Assembly (NCBI GenBank): GCA_026914245.1
Contig: CP110439.1
Span: 1,364,001 to 1,428,000, forward strand
Reading direction: 5' to 3'
Origin: Puccinia triticina
Taxonomy: Eukaryota
DNA: 64,000 nt
The notes beneath the pieces were generated by a model. The model made no database searches and was not told the DNA's origin. It saw nothing but the letters and a program-made list of their open reading frames with translations. Each line of letters starts with the position of its first letter. Position 1 is the stretch's first letter. Positions 1 through 12,684 of the stretch are shown here, piece by piece. The translations under genes were made by a program, and so were the position numbers.

Positions 1-1
1 G

Positions 2-712
2 AGAATACATTGTAAAGACATCCCTATCAAAATTGAAGGTCTTCCAGTGAAAATTTGTATGAAGAAACCCCATTCAATACAGAAATATGGAGAAATCAGA
101 AATCCATCACATGCTCAATACAAAATTGAAATCATGTCTGATCCAAAAACACATTCCAAAGTATTTCTCTCAAAAGAAAACATCTCAAGGCCATTGAAAT
201 TTCTCCTTGCAAATCTCAAAATTTGTCACCAGACTATCATCAACTGCCAAGGAATTCTTGGCGTAGAAAAACTAGAAAATGCAGAGAATCTTTTCAATGA
301 ATGGCTAGAAAAAACAATTTTCAAACCAGAAGATGGAAGCTTTCCTATATTTGGAGTGGTGGAGCAATCAATAGATAATCAATTCTCACCTTCAAATTTT
401 GGTCCAGTACAGATCTACTTGATAATAAATTATTTTGGAAGCTTAAGGGGCTTCTCAAAGACAGTTCAGATCTCCCTTGCTCTGCTTGGCTATTGGTATA
501 CAAAGTTCTATCCAGATTATTTCTTCAAAAATTGGAAGGATTATTGGAATTTGATGATTAAAGTGTTTGGAAGACTGATGTGGATAAAGAGCACATATTC
601 TCTAGAAAGATTCCACTTTTGTAAACTACTTAAAAATCTTACCAAAATAATTAAAGATGAAGTTGGGTTTTCAAAAGAATTTTACCAGGCTCATCAAGTT
701 TATCAATGGTAA
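2..712 (+). CDS. Hypothetical protein, C-terminal part (frame is open from the window edge)
   Basis: The frame of ORF 47..712 is open back to position 2 (RIHCKDIPIKIEGLPVKICMKK...) and ends at TAA 710-712. AT-rich, no recognisable domain. Confidence 0.4.
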   Translation, partial: RIHCKDIPIKIEGLPVKICMKKPHSIQKYGEIRNPSHAQYKIEIMSDPKTHSKVFLSKENISRPLKFLLANLKICHQTIINCQGILGVEKLENAENLFNEWLEKTIFKPEDGSFPIFGVVEQSIDNQFSPSNFGPVQIYLIINYFGSLRGFSKTVQISLALLGYWYTKFYPDYFFKNWKDYWNLMIKVFGRLMWIKSTYSLERFHFCKLLKNLTKIIKDEVGFSKEFYQAHQVYQW

Positions 713-1229
713 TAAGCAGAAATCAGTGGATATTTAGTGTTTGGGAATGTGTAGCTACAAGTCACTTAATTTTTTTTAATTCTTTCTATATCTCAATGGA
801 TTGGGTTTTGAGGAATCTTGTAACCTGACAAAAAACAATTTATTTTGGAAGACCCTTGCAGAGCCCAGTATATCTGACAGTTTTCATATCAGTTCCAAGG
901 CTAAATCTAATCCTAGAGCTATCATCCTTGATATGATGGTCTGAGAGTAAAAATTAGTAAAAACTGATTCTTTATTCTGGAATAGAGCTGCTTGTTGCTT
1001 CCCACTGATCATGGTGGTAGGTAGAATGGAGGGAATGAGAATTCTACACATTCTAAAAGGGACTAGCTAGGTTTGTGAAATGCTTGGGCTAGAATTTAAT
1101 CTAGAAATAAAAAATAAATCCATACAAAAACACAGAAAAAGTGAAGTGGTCCAAACTGATTGGAAAATACAACAGTTACATGGATTTCCTTTGCTTCCGG
1201 AGAAAAAAATTTTGTGCACAGGAATTTCC

Positions 1230-1650
1230 ATTGATTCAACATCTCTTGATTTCAAGCCCCCCTCTGTGCACACCACAATATTTGCCCACGGGTTCCCTGC
1301 AGAATATTCAGCCGGAATAAAGCTGGTGACCAGTAGACCAGACCTCAAGGGGACACAACCCTCTTGATATCTGGTCTGTACTAGTAATTGACAGTTTTGA
1401 GTCCTCTTGGCTACCTGTCTAGTCATATGGAATGACTGTCACAGGCCATTCATTTGTTGGGAGGGCTGATTCCTCTTGATGACTGGTAAAGAAAGACCAG
1501 TCATCAGGACACAACCACCTTGATGACTTGACAGACCATTCATTGAGGGGAATAAAATCTCCTGATTACTGGATAGACCGGTCTTTGAGAGGAATCAACC
1601 CTCCAACAAGCAACCGGTCTATGCCATTGCCAGTCATTGGGAGGGTTATA
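1230..1650. repeat. Degenerate palindromic ~40-bp repeat cluster (same family as 7655-8760)
   Basis: Recurrent GACCAGTCATCA.G.GG...CCTCTTGATGAC-like dyads. Confidence 0.5.
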
Positions 1651-4627
1651 AAAGATTACAAAGAACTAAGATGATTTATTTCTTTGTTAGACTCTTCTCA
1701 CCAGGGAAGACTTTGACGCACTCTCCAGAGAGTGCCTGATTTTAATTTCATTTTGTTCTGGGTCTGATGTCAGTCAGATGTGTATTAGGAAAGGATTGAT
1801 AAATTATTCAGAAGTCAATGAAAGTCTGTTATAATTTATGAGGAAGTATCACAGGACCTCATGCAATGTTTTATAGAACCGTTTCATTCTTTATGGATAA
1901 CTCAATCTAAGTTTATTAAAACCACAGTTTCACCAAAAAAAAATTCAAGGGTTTCCCCTGTTTATGAAAAATCACTAAAAAATAACAAAGGTTCAATGCT
2001 AACAAATTAAAAATGAGCAATAATAATACAACAATATTCTACACATCTAATATACAAGAGGTTTGACTTATAACAATCCTCCAGCCTGTGACATGCCACA
2101 GGTAAAAAGGTCCCGGAGTTAACCCGCTCAGCCTGGCGCAAGTGCGTGGGGCAAAAGTCAGGGCTGGAAACCCCTCAGCCAATTGCAAGTGCAATTGGGA
2201 AGGGGGAGGATTTCCACCGGTCCTCTGCAAATGCAGGGGAGGGCAAATCACCTGGGGAATAACTCTTGATGCAGATGATGCCCCATTATATATTGATCAA
2301 CAGGTTTTGATTGCAGAGCGCTTCAGCGTTGCCTTGGCCCAGGATGGCCCGCAAAGCCACAATATTTTTGTGACGCCCGCCGCTGTGGTTGCTAGACAAC
2401 TAGCTGTGATATGTGATACATTTCTCCAAGTCAACCAGCCTCCGCCAGGCCAACAAAAAAGCCGTCCACCCTCACAACCAAGCCATCACAACAACTGTTC
2501 ACGATGCACTATTGATGGCCAGTTGGGAAGGTGCATATGTATGTATTCTTGAAAGTCTTGAGTCTGTCCCGGGTCAGGATACAGCGCTGGAGATATTCAT
2601 GTTGTGAGGATAGTTGGAGCAAGTGGGGGATACATTGCGGCCAAATCAGCGATCATCAATCCCCTACGGGCCAAGATACATTCGTCGGTGTATTCAGAAT
2701 CAATGAGTCCGGCCGTAATCCAGCAGATCATGTCTTTGTTGACCCTGATTGCTGGGCTCAAGTAGTCTGAGCCGACAACGAGTCCCGAGGATCCCGCGGG
2801 GGGGGGGGGGGGGACGACGATGGCTGTGGAGCGGCCAATGGTACATACCCGAAGGCGGCCAGGAACGGCTCCGCAGACTTGCCTTCAACGCCCGCTATCT
2901 CTGCTTGGGGCTTTGCAAACTCAGGTTCATCGTCTACGGAGACCGGGACTCGCAGATCATTCCCTTGTTGATCTTCCACCGAAGGTAAGCACTCACCTTT
3001 TTCTCAACTTCCAAGGAGAGGAAGAAGCAAGACTAATAGAGAAGGATATATATGAAAAATGCTGCAATTCTCAAGGATGATGGTAGAGCTCTACGCAATT
3101 GTTGTCGTCGTCGTCGCCTACTTGACGACCCCGTCCCAGGTTAGCGCATAGCCCCTTTCACAAATACCTTACAGCCGAAAGCTTCAATGAAAGCTCAAAT
3201 CTGCTCAAAGGTATTTCTACTTGCAGTCCCGTACTCGTAGGAGCATCGGCGGTGTTCAACATGGAAGTTGGTGAGCCATTCCATATGAAACCCAGTGTGA
3301 AGCCTCAAACAGACACTGGAACTGATGGGTTAGAGCATAGCCTGGCTCTAGACAATTTTCCCACCTCTCTGCCAGCTGATGCACCACCTCAGCTATCTGG
3401 TGACGCTGTGACCGTTGGTCTGGACAGGGGGAAGTTACACGGAGCAACGTTCTTGTTGTTTGGCTCGGTGGCACTCAAGCCCTGGCCGCTGGTTTCCCTC
3501 GCACTTTGTCGGCCCTCCTTCCCGCTCATCTCGCCAGTAATTCTCTGTCTTCCTCCTCACCCACCACCCACTCGCCAGCCTCTTCTCCCGCCCCAAAGAG
3601 CACACCCCTACTGCCGCCTCCACCTCCCTTGAAGAGGTTTGTTTTGCTAGGCTGGATTGCTGTATCCTCAGCTCTCTCCACCTCTCTGACCTCACACAAT
3701 TTTTGCTATTTCTGAAGCTGTTGCCATGGCATGCCCTCTTCAATTCTGTACACAACTCAATCTACAATTTTAGATTATAAAAACTGTAACTTGTGATTTT
3801 TGACTAAAAAAAAGAAGGTCAAGTGACTCAGCTCAATCAGTTTATAGCCAATTAAACATAGATCATTATCCAAAAAGGAAACACAATGATACCAGACTGG
3901 GAAGGAGGCTCAATCTTATGAGTTTGTGCATTTTTTGATCAATGTGCATCACAACTGGTTCTACTGAGCATAATGAAGATATGTTTCTACAACTCTTGAT
4001 CAACATGACCATTGTGGCTGTGGCGCATCTCAAATCTTGGGGCAATAGAACAATGAAAAATTGATGCTTGTATTTACCTTGATATTTGACAAGAGCAGTG
4101 TGAAATTTTTAATGTAACATGGCCATTTCTTTGGGAGGTTCAATTGACATTAGTGGTCTTCAAAATTGAATCATATGTTGAAAATGGCTGGGATGATGAG
4201 AAGTGATGAGGAAAATTTTGATGACCCTCATAACTTCCCAAATCTGCTAAACATGCAAGTGATGTGATATTGGCCTTGGTGAGGCCCAGTTGTGCAAAAT
4301 GGGCAGGTATGATATAAAATAACCACTGCCAAACAGGGCCTTATGGCAGGCCCCTTTGGGGGACACATGTGCCTCTTTGATGATAATGGCAAGAGCCCTG
4401 AAAGTGCAGCGGCGTAGCCGCCTTGGACTCTAGTTAAACATATAATGAAATGATAGTTACTCAATGCCCAAATATTAATCATTTTTGGCAAATTTATGTT
4501 GATCGATTTCTCTACATGCAAGGGGTTTCACACACCATAAATGTGACTAGCTGGGGCTTTAATGGCTTTCACCAGGAAAAAAAAATAGTCACTTGATGAC
4601 AAGTGACATCATGCCAGCTCCAGTGGG

Positions 4628-4685
4628 CTACCCACCATCTACCCACCATCTACCCATCATCTACCCACCACCTACCCACCATCTA
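4628..4685. repeat. 11-bp tandem repeat (CTACCCACCAT) x~5
   Basis: Read directly from the sequence. Confidence 0.85.
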
Positions 4686-4749
4686 ACCAGTTTAAGAATT
4701 TCCACAGGAGATCCTCAGTATTTGCTGGGCACCACTGATCCCCATTTCT

Positions 4750-5600
4750 GGTCAGCTGATACTCAGCTTTAGCTCCCAGCTTATGCTCAGCTTTGGTTCC
4801 CAGCTCATGCTCAGCTTTGTTGCCCAGATCAGAACCAGTCCTGGCCCAGCTTATTTTCAGCTTTATTCCAGTCATGGCTTAGCTTCGACTCAGATTAGGA
4901 CTATCATTGGCCCAGCCAATGCTCAGCTTTGGACCAGTATTGGCTCAGCTGATTTTCAGCTTTGGATAAATCTTGGCCCAGCCAATGCTCAGATTCTGAG
5001 TCTGACCACTCCTGTAACAGCTTATGCTCATCTGTGGACCAGCCTTGGCTCAGCTGATGCTCAGCTGTGGACCAACCTTGGCTAAGACAATGCTCAGCTG
5101 TGGACCAGCCTTGGCTCAGCTGATGCTCAGCTGTGGACCAGCCTTGGCTCAGCTGATGCTCAGCTGTGACCAGCCTTGGCTCAGCTGATGCTCAGCTGTG
5201 GAACAGCCTTGGCTCAGGTGATATTAATCTTTTGAATAGTCTCAAAAAATCTGATACTCAGCTTTGGAACAGCCTTGGCTCAGCCAATGCTCAGCTTTGT
5301 ACCAGCATTGGCTCAGCCAATGCTCAGCTTTTGAAAAATTTTGGCCCAACTGGTGTTAATCTTTGGAACAGTATTGTCCCAGCTGATCCTAAGCTCTGCA
5401 CAAGCCTTTTCCAAGATGATGCTCAGCTTTGGACCATTGTTGGCTAAGCTGATGCTCAGATTTGGAATATTCTTGGTCCAGCTGACACTTGGATTTGTTT
5501 CAGGCTTGGAATATCCAATGCTCAGCTGTGGCCCAGGCTCAGCCAATGCTCAGCTTTGGCCCAGGCTCAGTCAATGCCTACTGCTGAGCTTATGATGAGC
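4750..5600. repeat. 33-bp minisatellite GCTCAGCTGATGCTCAGCTGTGGACCAGCCTTG, degenerate at its edges
   Basis: Near-perfect copies at ~5025-5220 and decayed copies on either side. It explains the 11-aa periodic spurious ORFs (SADAQLWTSLG). Confidence 0.85.
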
Positions 5601-7654
5601 ATCAGCTGTTCCTGGGAAAAAATTAGGATCAGCTGACTGTGCCACATTGAGTGCTCTGGTGCAGTCCTACAAGCTCTACAAGTGCTGGTGGAGCAGACTT
5701 GGAGCAGTGCTGGAGTAGCTCTGGAGCAGAAACCAAAGCTGCATCATGTCACTTGCCATCAAGTGAATATTTTTTTTTCCTGGTGTTTCTGATCAGTTTT
5801 TACTTGTCATGGAGCTGTGAAAGGCTTCTCTGGCAATCTGTCACCCCAATTTACGCGCGTACACAAAGTTGACATTGGCAAAATGGAAAACAGCTCACAT
5901 GCCTGTGCATGGAGACATTCAAAAACCAAAAAAAAAAAAAAAACTCACAAGCTTATGTGTGTTGAGAAGCCAGGTTGTCTAGCTGAAATATGGTACTACA
6001 AACCTCCAAGCTTTAATTGACTCATACTTTCACCCTATCTTCATCCTTTTTTGGCTCAATTATAGATGATACCTTCCTTTCTTAGGGAAACATGCCAATT
6101 CAGATGGGTGTTTCACATCATTCTAACCGGGGTGTACTACATGTTGTTGATCTGAAAGAGGCCCAGCCTGCAATTTTTAAAAACCTTTTATGCGTGCACA
6201 TGAGGGAAAAATGAGCAAAGTGAAAACAATGAACACCTTCATGAGCATGTGAATAATATGAATCTAACCCCAAGAGATCATCACAATCAACAAACAGTTC
6301 AAATTGAATTATGATTCAATTATTTTCATTGTGTCCTAGTGGTCTCAACTGTGTTCTGATTAAGTTCCAGTTGACTTCTGCATGACTTCTGGATGATTTA
6401 TGGATGAATTCAGGATCAGTTTCAGATCAGTTGTGGAATATTTCCAGAATCTTTTATTACTTCTTACACTACCTTCATCAAAGGCATCCAGCACAGTTAA
6501 AGAAAATTGGTATGGTATGGCACTCTCTGGAGAGTGTGTCAAAATCTCCCCTGGTGTCTCTAATTGTAGATACAAGTTTATGTTGTGCATCAGAGAATGA
6601 AGATCTGTTTACCTAAGAGCAGATGGCTGGCTGCTATCTACTGAGTAAGAGACAATGAGACGAGAAAACAGAAATGTCTAGAGCAACAGAAGTTTCAGGA
6701 TCTGGATGGTCTGATTAGAATGAAGTAAGTTGTAAGACATCACTCTTGTTCATCTTCAACAGGATAGCAACTTTTCCCTTACTTAGATACAGCCTTTTTG
6801 GCCTTTTGTATCCGGTTTTATTGCTTGTTAGCAATGCGGCGAAGGAGTGTCTCTGCAAGAGTTTAACGTTGCTTTGACTTCAGCTTTCCGCTAGCTTTCA
6901 TCTCAGTACATGGACACTCTTACCAATTTGGTCTCCTCTAAGATGAGCTTACTTGGTGTGTTCTGACTTTTCTACTTTGACTTGGTCTAAGAGACAATTG
7001 TTGATTAAGTGTTAGCTACAATCTTCCTTCAATAGAGTTCTTGGGCCAGGAGTTTCCTTGAGCCTAATCTTGCTACTCACAATGGTTGTACCTATGCGCA
7101 TCAGTAAGATTTTTTCAGTTTTCACAACCTCGCGGTAATGGATCATACTCCCAGTCTAATCTCATGTGGGAATTGGGGCAAAGTTTTGGCTGTCCACCTG
7201 CATCACATGGTGTGTTTTTCTGTTTAACTGATAATCCCTCCCAAGCCTATCCAGAATTTACTTCCCAGTTTCTCTCCATTGTACATACTTTACAAGGTAG
7301 GAGTGTCAAATTTATGTCACCATGTGAGCAACTACTCAGAAATGAAACCCAGGGTTTTCCACCCTCACTTTGGAGTATCATGCCATTCAGAATTCACTAC
7401 TTCACTGAATGCATGTTGCTGGTAAAATTTGTGTTGGCTTGTAAAGCCCGCGCATACTGCGGACTCCACAAAGGTTTCACATTAAATTTTACTCATTCAT
7501 CATCCACTGCGTACTTAGGCAGATTTGTCCCCTCCTCAATCTAGCTTGGCAAAGAATTTAATCTCTCTGCCAACACTAGGTCAGCCTTGTTTCCAATTAT
7601 GTTTTCTTCCCTTTCTTCCTAGTTTTAAGAAGTATTATCACAGGATTTCCGGGC

Positions 7655-8760
7655 ATTGGAGGGAGTTACAAATCCCCTTAATGACTGGTACAGGCCCAGC
7701 TGGTCATTGAAGGGAGTTAAATACCTGCTCAATGTCCCGCTTTGCCAGTCACCAGGAGGAGTTGTAACTCCCCTAAATGACCGGTACTGGCTGGCCATCA
7801 ATGGAAGTCAACTCCGCTTGATGACCAGCGCTACCTGTTGTCAGAAGGAGTGACAAATCCCCTTGATAACCGGTACTGGTGGTCATTGAAGGGAGTGACA
7901 ACTCCTCACAATGACCAATCAGTACAGGTAATTGAGGGTAGTAACTCGCCTCAACAACTGGTAAAGCTGCTCACCAAGTGAAGTTGTAACTCCCTTCAAT
8001 GACCAGCTATACCAGTCACTGAGTGTAGTTTCAACTTCCCCTGATGACCGGTACTGACTGGTCATTGAAGGGAGTTACAACTCCTGCCCATGAACAGTAA
8101 AGCTGGGTCATTGATGCAGAGTTGTAACTCCCTTTGATGACCACCTGTACTGGTCATCAAGGGGAGTTGTAACTACCCTTGATGGCCAGTCAATCCTGGT
8201 AATTGGGGGGAGTTACAACTCCTGCCAACGGACCGGTACAGCTGGTTCATGGAGAGGAGTTTCAACTCTCCTTGATGACCAGTACAGGTGGTCATCAAAG
8301 GGAGTTACAACTCCACATCAATGACCCAGCTGTACTGGTCATCAAGGGGATGGAACTCTCCTCAATGAATGGTACAGGTGGTAATCAAGAAGAGATACAA
8401 CTCCCCTCAATGACCCATACTTTACAGAGGACTGTCAACCCTGACGTTCAGCCAAACATCAGGGTAGACATGTCACACAAGTGACAGTTCATCAACACCT
8501 AGGTGATGTAATTCTCTTCAATGACCGCTACAGCTGGCCATCAAGAGGAGACACAACTCCCCTCATTGAACTGTACTTTTCAGGGGAGTTTCCACCCTGA
8601 TGTTTGGCCAAAAATCATGGTGGAAATTTCACATAAGTGACAGTCTAACTGTATACCAGCCCAACAAGAGGAATTCCCTCTTTGCGGGATGGCATACATA
8701 TACCAGCTTGCCAAGAGGGATCACTCTCAGCAGGCTGGTATACATGTAAAAGCCCACCAA
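7655..8760. repeat. Array of degenerate palindromic ~40-bp units (CTGGTCATCAAGGGAGTTGTAACTCCCTTGATGACCAG-like)
   Basis: About 20 or more abutting dyad-symmetric units with core GGAGTT(G/A)(T/C)AACTCC and no unique spacers. Confidence 0.8.
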
Positions 8761-9193
8761 GGGGGATCTGAGATTTCATGACATGGATTTTATTGAATCT
8801 TGGGCTTTATGAGGTTCAATTAAACCTCCATGAAATTAAAAACTATGCACTGGAACAGGCAGGATTTACAACTTGGGCTCCTGCTGCACTTATCCGGCTA
8901 AAATTTGGGATCTGCTGTGATATTATTCTCTAGAAGAATGATGGTTGTCTCATCCACAAGCTGTTACAGTAACCCATGATGTGAGCCCAGAGCCAACTGA
9001 GCTATCAAATATGATTCAAGTTGAGCTGCACTCAAGCCATAAATTGGTCAAGGTGAAATTTGGCCCCACTCACCGTATTAAGCTAGAGATGAGATCAGCT
9101 TTAGTGAGACACAACATCAACATTGGCTGAAGCTTGAATTGCACACTCTACACAGTTGACATCTAGCAGGGTTCCAGAAAGAAATTACGGTCT

Positions 9194-9230
9194 GGCACTC
9201 TCTAGAGAGTGCCAAACTTTCCCCCCTGTG
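9194..9230. mobile_element. Orphan right TIR of a related CACTA-type family (CACAG end)
   Basis: GGCACTCTCTAGAGAGTGCCAAACTTTCCCCCCTGTG has the same hairpin-plus-terminus layout as 6519-6556. No partner end found. Confidence 0.55.
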
Positions 9231-9605
9231 AACGCTTACCAAATTCCGCAGCTCATTTAGATCCCAGCCCCTTTCTCAATTTATGAGATTGGTGTCATTC
9301 AGCTAGGCGTGTATTCTCACAGGTTAAACCTCCTTGTTTACAAGAATAGAACAGGTAACCTCCTCTTGAATCAAGAGGAGGTTACCCTTTCAGTCATCAA
9401 GACTTGATGACCAGTCTATTATGGTCATAAAGAGGACTTAAACCTCCTGATGACAGGTACAGAGGGCTTCAAGAGTAATAAACCCTGTCAATGGCCTGTA
9501 CAGACCAGTCATCAAGAGTGTTGTTTCCCCTTGATGGCGGGTATACCAGTCACCGGCCTTATTCTGGGTGACTATCACTGCAGGGGAGCCCATGGGTGAA
9601 ATTTT

Positions 9606-9829
9606 AGGGGGATTCAAAGTTTGCCATTCATGACTTGCATGTACTTTTGCAAGTTGGTGTTCACGGCTTTTCTTGAACACCAACATTTAAAAAAACATTC
9701 AAGCAAGTTTGAGGGGTGTAGTACAATTTGAATTGCATGCACTTTTGCAACTCAGTGTTCAAAAATGAAATAAAACACCAACTTGCAAAAGTTCATGCAA
9801 ATTTCATCTGGCCAACTTTGAAACCCCCT
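9606..9829. mobile_element. MITE-like inverted-repeat element
   Basis: AGGGGGATTCAAAGTTTGCCA...TGCATGTACTTTTGCAAGTTGGTGT mirrors ACACCAACTTGCAAAAGTTCATGCA...TGGCCAACTTTGAAACCCCCT. Confidence 0.6.
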
Positions 9830-9854
9830 GTTGTTTGGAGGCAGCTTGTGGCGC

Positions 9855-10844
9855 TGTGGTAGATGGAAAAGTGGGAAAATAAAAAGTTTTTTCTATGCCA
9901 CATAATTACTCATACTAGGCCTCAAGATACCACCAAATGGACCCCAGAAATGGATTCTGCAGCCAATCTCACCCCTAGTCACCACTGGAAGCACCCCTGG
10001 GCCCCCTCTAGTGTGGAAGTTACAACTCATGGACACCTATCACACAGCCAGCCCCAGTAACCCAGCTGTCACCTGCCTCAACCAAAGTTTCACAGTAGTA
10101 CACATATGCACATCAAAGGATATAACAAACATACATCTCCCTGTCAGGCTACACTCATTACATATTAGCTAAATACACTCCTTTATATACATAGTATGAC
10201 ATCATTTACACTGTTTCTGCAGCCTCAGACTTTGTTTATACACTAATTACCCCTGTATGACAGCTCATGCAGTCTACTGTCACCTTATGCATGTTTTAGA
10301 ATGTTTTGTTTTATATTCTGACATCATGTATGCACCCCTGGCATGCTTAGAATGTTTTGCTGTATATTCCGACACCATTCATGCACCCCTGAGGGGTAAT
10401 GACATCAATTGTATCTACTCCCACCAGCTAAAATCCCTCACCCGCTTGTCTAGATTAGCTGAAAACCTAACCCACAAGCCCCTCTGGGGCTCCACTTTTG
10501 TCTATAAAAGGAGCTCTCTCCACCCCCAGTGGCCTGCTCCCCAGTTCCTCACCCAGAACTCACAAGTCACCCAACACTCATCCACACTCAAATCCTAAAA
10601 CCGTTATAACAGAAATTAAACCCTTATAATAAAGGAATTCAAACCTCATAACAAAGTAATTAAAACACTTACATGTTGCCAGTCAAACAGATTTCATCTG
10701 GAACAGACCAGACCTATCACTTAAAACTTGCCAAACTGAGCTTGGTGGGACTTGTTGACTGATAACAGAAGGGCAGAGCTTGCAACTCCATCATACCCTT
10801 TGAAATTCAGCAAAAGGGTTTCATTACCACTTTTGAGTCTTACA
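9855..10844 (+). mobile_element. Solo LTR, Ty3/Gypsy (TGTGG...GTCTTACA family), TSD GCGC
   Basis: Starts TGTGGTAG and ends TTTTGAGTCTTACA, with GCGC on both sides. The 3' region (GAAGGGCAGAGCTTGCAACTC...TTCAGCAAAAGGGTTTCA) is shared with the LTR at 59312-60111, which precedes gag/protease. Confidence 0.85.
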
Positions 10845-12550
10845 GCGCGCATGGAGGGGGGCTTGACATCAAGAGACATTGATTCCACAGAAATTTCCCT
10901 GCGCTGTGGTAACCCTGTTCCCACTTTCATATCAGATAAACCCTTTCAAGATCTTCCATTATTATCTTATATTCAGAATCCAGATTCTACACCCTACTTT
11001 ACCCCTAGTCACCCCTTCATTCTACATAGGATTTCCAAATGGATCCAGCAGTCATTGGAATGCATAGTCTTGGAAGGTATTCTTTTCATACACATCCTTA
11101 GCATTAGTACATACCTCATTCATTAGTATCATAGCTACATAGGAATGCATATTTTACATAGCTTCATCACACATTCTTCCCTTGATAAGATATCAGCAGT
11201 ACATTCCTTCATAGGTCTGGTAGCTATTATCAATGCTAATCTTCATTATGTACATTCCTTGAACCTTATACCTGTTACTCCTGCTCATCATTACTTCATC
11301 TTCTACATAGTTGCATTTCATATACACTCCTTGGTCATTGTACCTTCTTCATTACTGCTCATCTTCAGATATTTTTACTATGTGCCCGTCATTTATTACC
11401 CCCCTATGGTACTTATCACATATATAAACATCCCTCTAGATTTTGTATCCCCATAATGCACTTTCACCCACTACACTCTGTATGCAACTTCCCCCACATA
11501 CACTCTGTAGCAACCCTTTTACACCCCACTTAGATACAATTTCATCACCCTAGAAATATATCTCCCTGCATATATCTATTTACCTTTACCCATCTCACAT
11601 GTCTCAAGGGCTTCTGCCTTTTATTCCCCTCATCTCTCACCTAGTAGGATTGATACATACCTCAAACCCATTAGTGTTAAAGTCATCTGAGTCAAAGATA
11701 TCATAAGCCACACCTTTTTCTTTTTCTTAGTGTAACACTCTCTTCATCAGCATTGGTCAAGAGGGAAGCCTCACCAGCACCTGTAGCTTCTTCTTCATTA
11801 TTACTAGTGTAGTTGACTATTTTCCCTCACAGCTCTTTCCTGATCTGTTAGGAGTTCCACAGCGCAAAAATCTTTCCTCTGTGCGTGAAGTAAAGCTGCG
11901 TTCATATCTTCTTGCAGTACAAGTATATTGAAGAAACATGAAGAATAGCTCCCAACATCAGAAAATCTGATGCAATTGCGTTGACCCTCCCAGCCCATGG
12001 GTTTTCAGAGATTGAAAGCCCCAGGGCAGGGGGGGGGGCACTAAAACTTTACCCCTTCATCAAACTTGGCAAATGCAAAAGTGGAGCATTTTTGGAACAA
12101 AACTCCAGCTGGAAAATTTTTAAATGAAGGTTATTGTAGCCCCATAACAAGAGAAATAGCAAGCAGGAAGGCTGTCCACACAAAATAGTTGTGGTTTACC
12201 AATTATCCTATAAAAAAGAAAGGGGGGAGGTGTCAGCTAGCTACTGTATCAGAGCTAGCTGAACAAATAAAAAACACATAAAAAAGTGTTTCATTTACGT
12301 GTATAAAAAATCTAAGAATAAATAAGAAAACTACTTAAAAAGAAAGGAAGCACCTCCTTGAACATAGTAATAAGGAGGCGCAAATACAAATTGAAAGAGT
12401 ACATAAGCCACAAAGTTAAAGGTCTGCAACTATGATCACAAGTTACAACCTGTCAGCCTTGGAGTCAGCGCAGCTGACCTAAAATTCCACCTTTTCTACA
12501 TCTCAAATTATTTGAGCACGATGTTGATCTGCAAGCTCTAAGTTCCTCCA

Positions 12551-12684
12551 ATTGAGTCCTGCGACTCAATGAATTAGGTTTAATCTGCCAAGTGTGTAAA
12601 CTATTAATTGAGTCCCGCGACTCAATGAATTACAATTGGGTCCCGCGACTCAATGAATTACAATTGGGTCCCGCGACTCAATGA
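12551..12684. repeat. Repeated dyad motif ATTG(A/G)GTCCCGCGACTCAATGA x4 within probable LTR-derived DNA
   Basis: Four copies, three of them in tandem. The same motif recurs three times at 46672-46780. Confidence 0.75.

Larger units (their letters stand above)
4570..5785. mobile_element. Nested non-autonomous CACTA-type element (CACCA termini, TSD TTT)
   Basis: ~50-bp imperfect TIRs CACCAGGAAAAAAAAATAGTCACTTGATGACAAGTGACATCATG / CATCATGTCACTTGCCATCAAGTGAATATTTTTTTTTCCTGGTG, with TTT on both flanks. Confidence 0.8.
1699..6556. mobile_element. Non-autonomous CACTA/EnSpm-type element (CACCA termini, 3-bp TSD TCT)
   Basis: Left TIR CACCAGGGAAGACTTTGACGCACTCTCCAGAGAGTGCC (1699) matches the reverse complement of GGCACTCTCTGGAGAGTGTGTCAAAATCTCCCCTGGTG (ends 6556). 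TCT flanks both ends (1696-1698, 6557-6559). No transposase recognised inside. Confidence 0.8.

Noticed and set aside
4672..5595. ORFs with 11-aa periodicity (SADAQLWTSLG) suggesting a repeat protein
   Set aside because: They are a by-product of a 33-bp minisatellite inside a TIR element and are broken by stops and frameshifts.
7655..8760. CRISPR-like array of palindromic repeats
   Set aside because: The units abut without unique spacers and are degenerate, there are no cas genes, and the context is eukaryotic.
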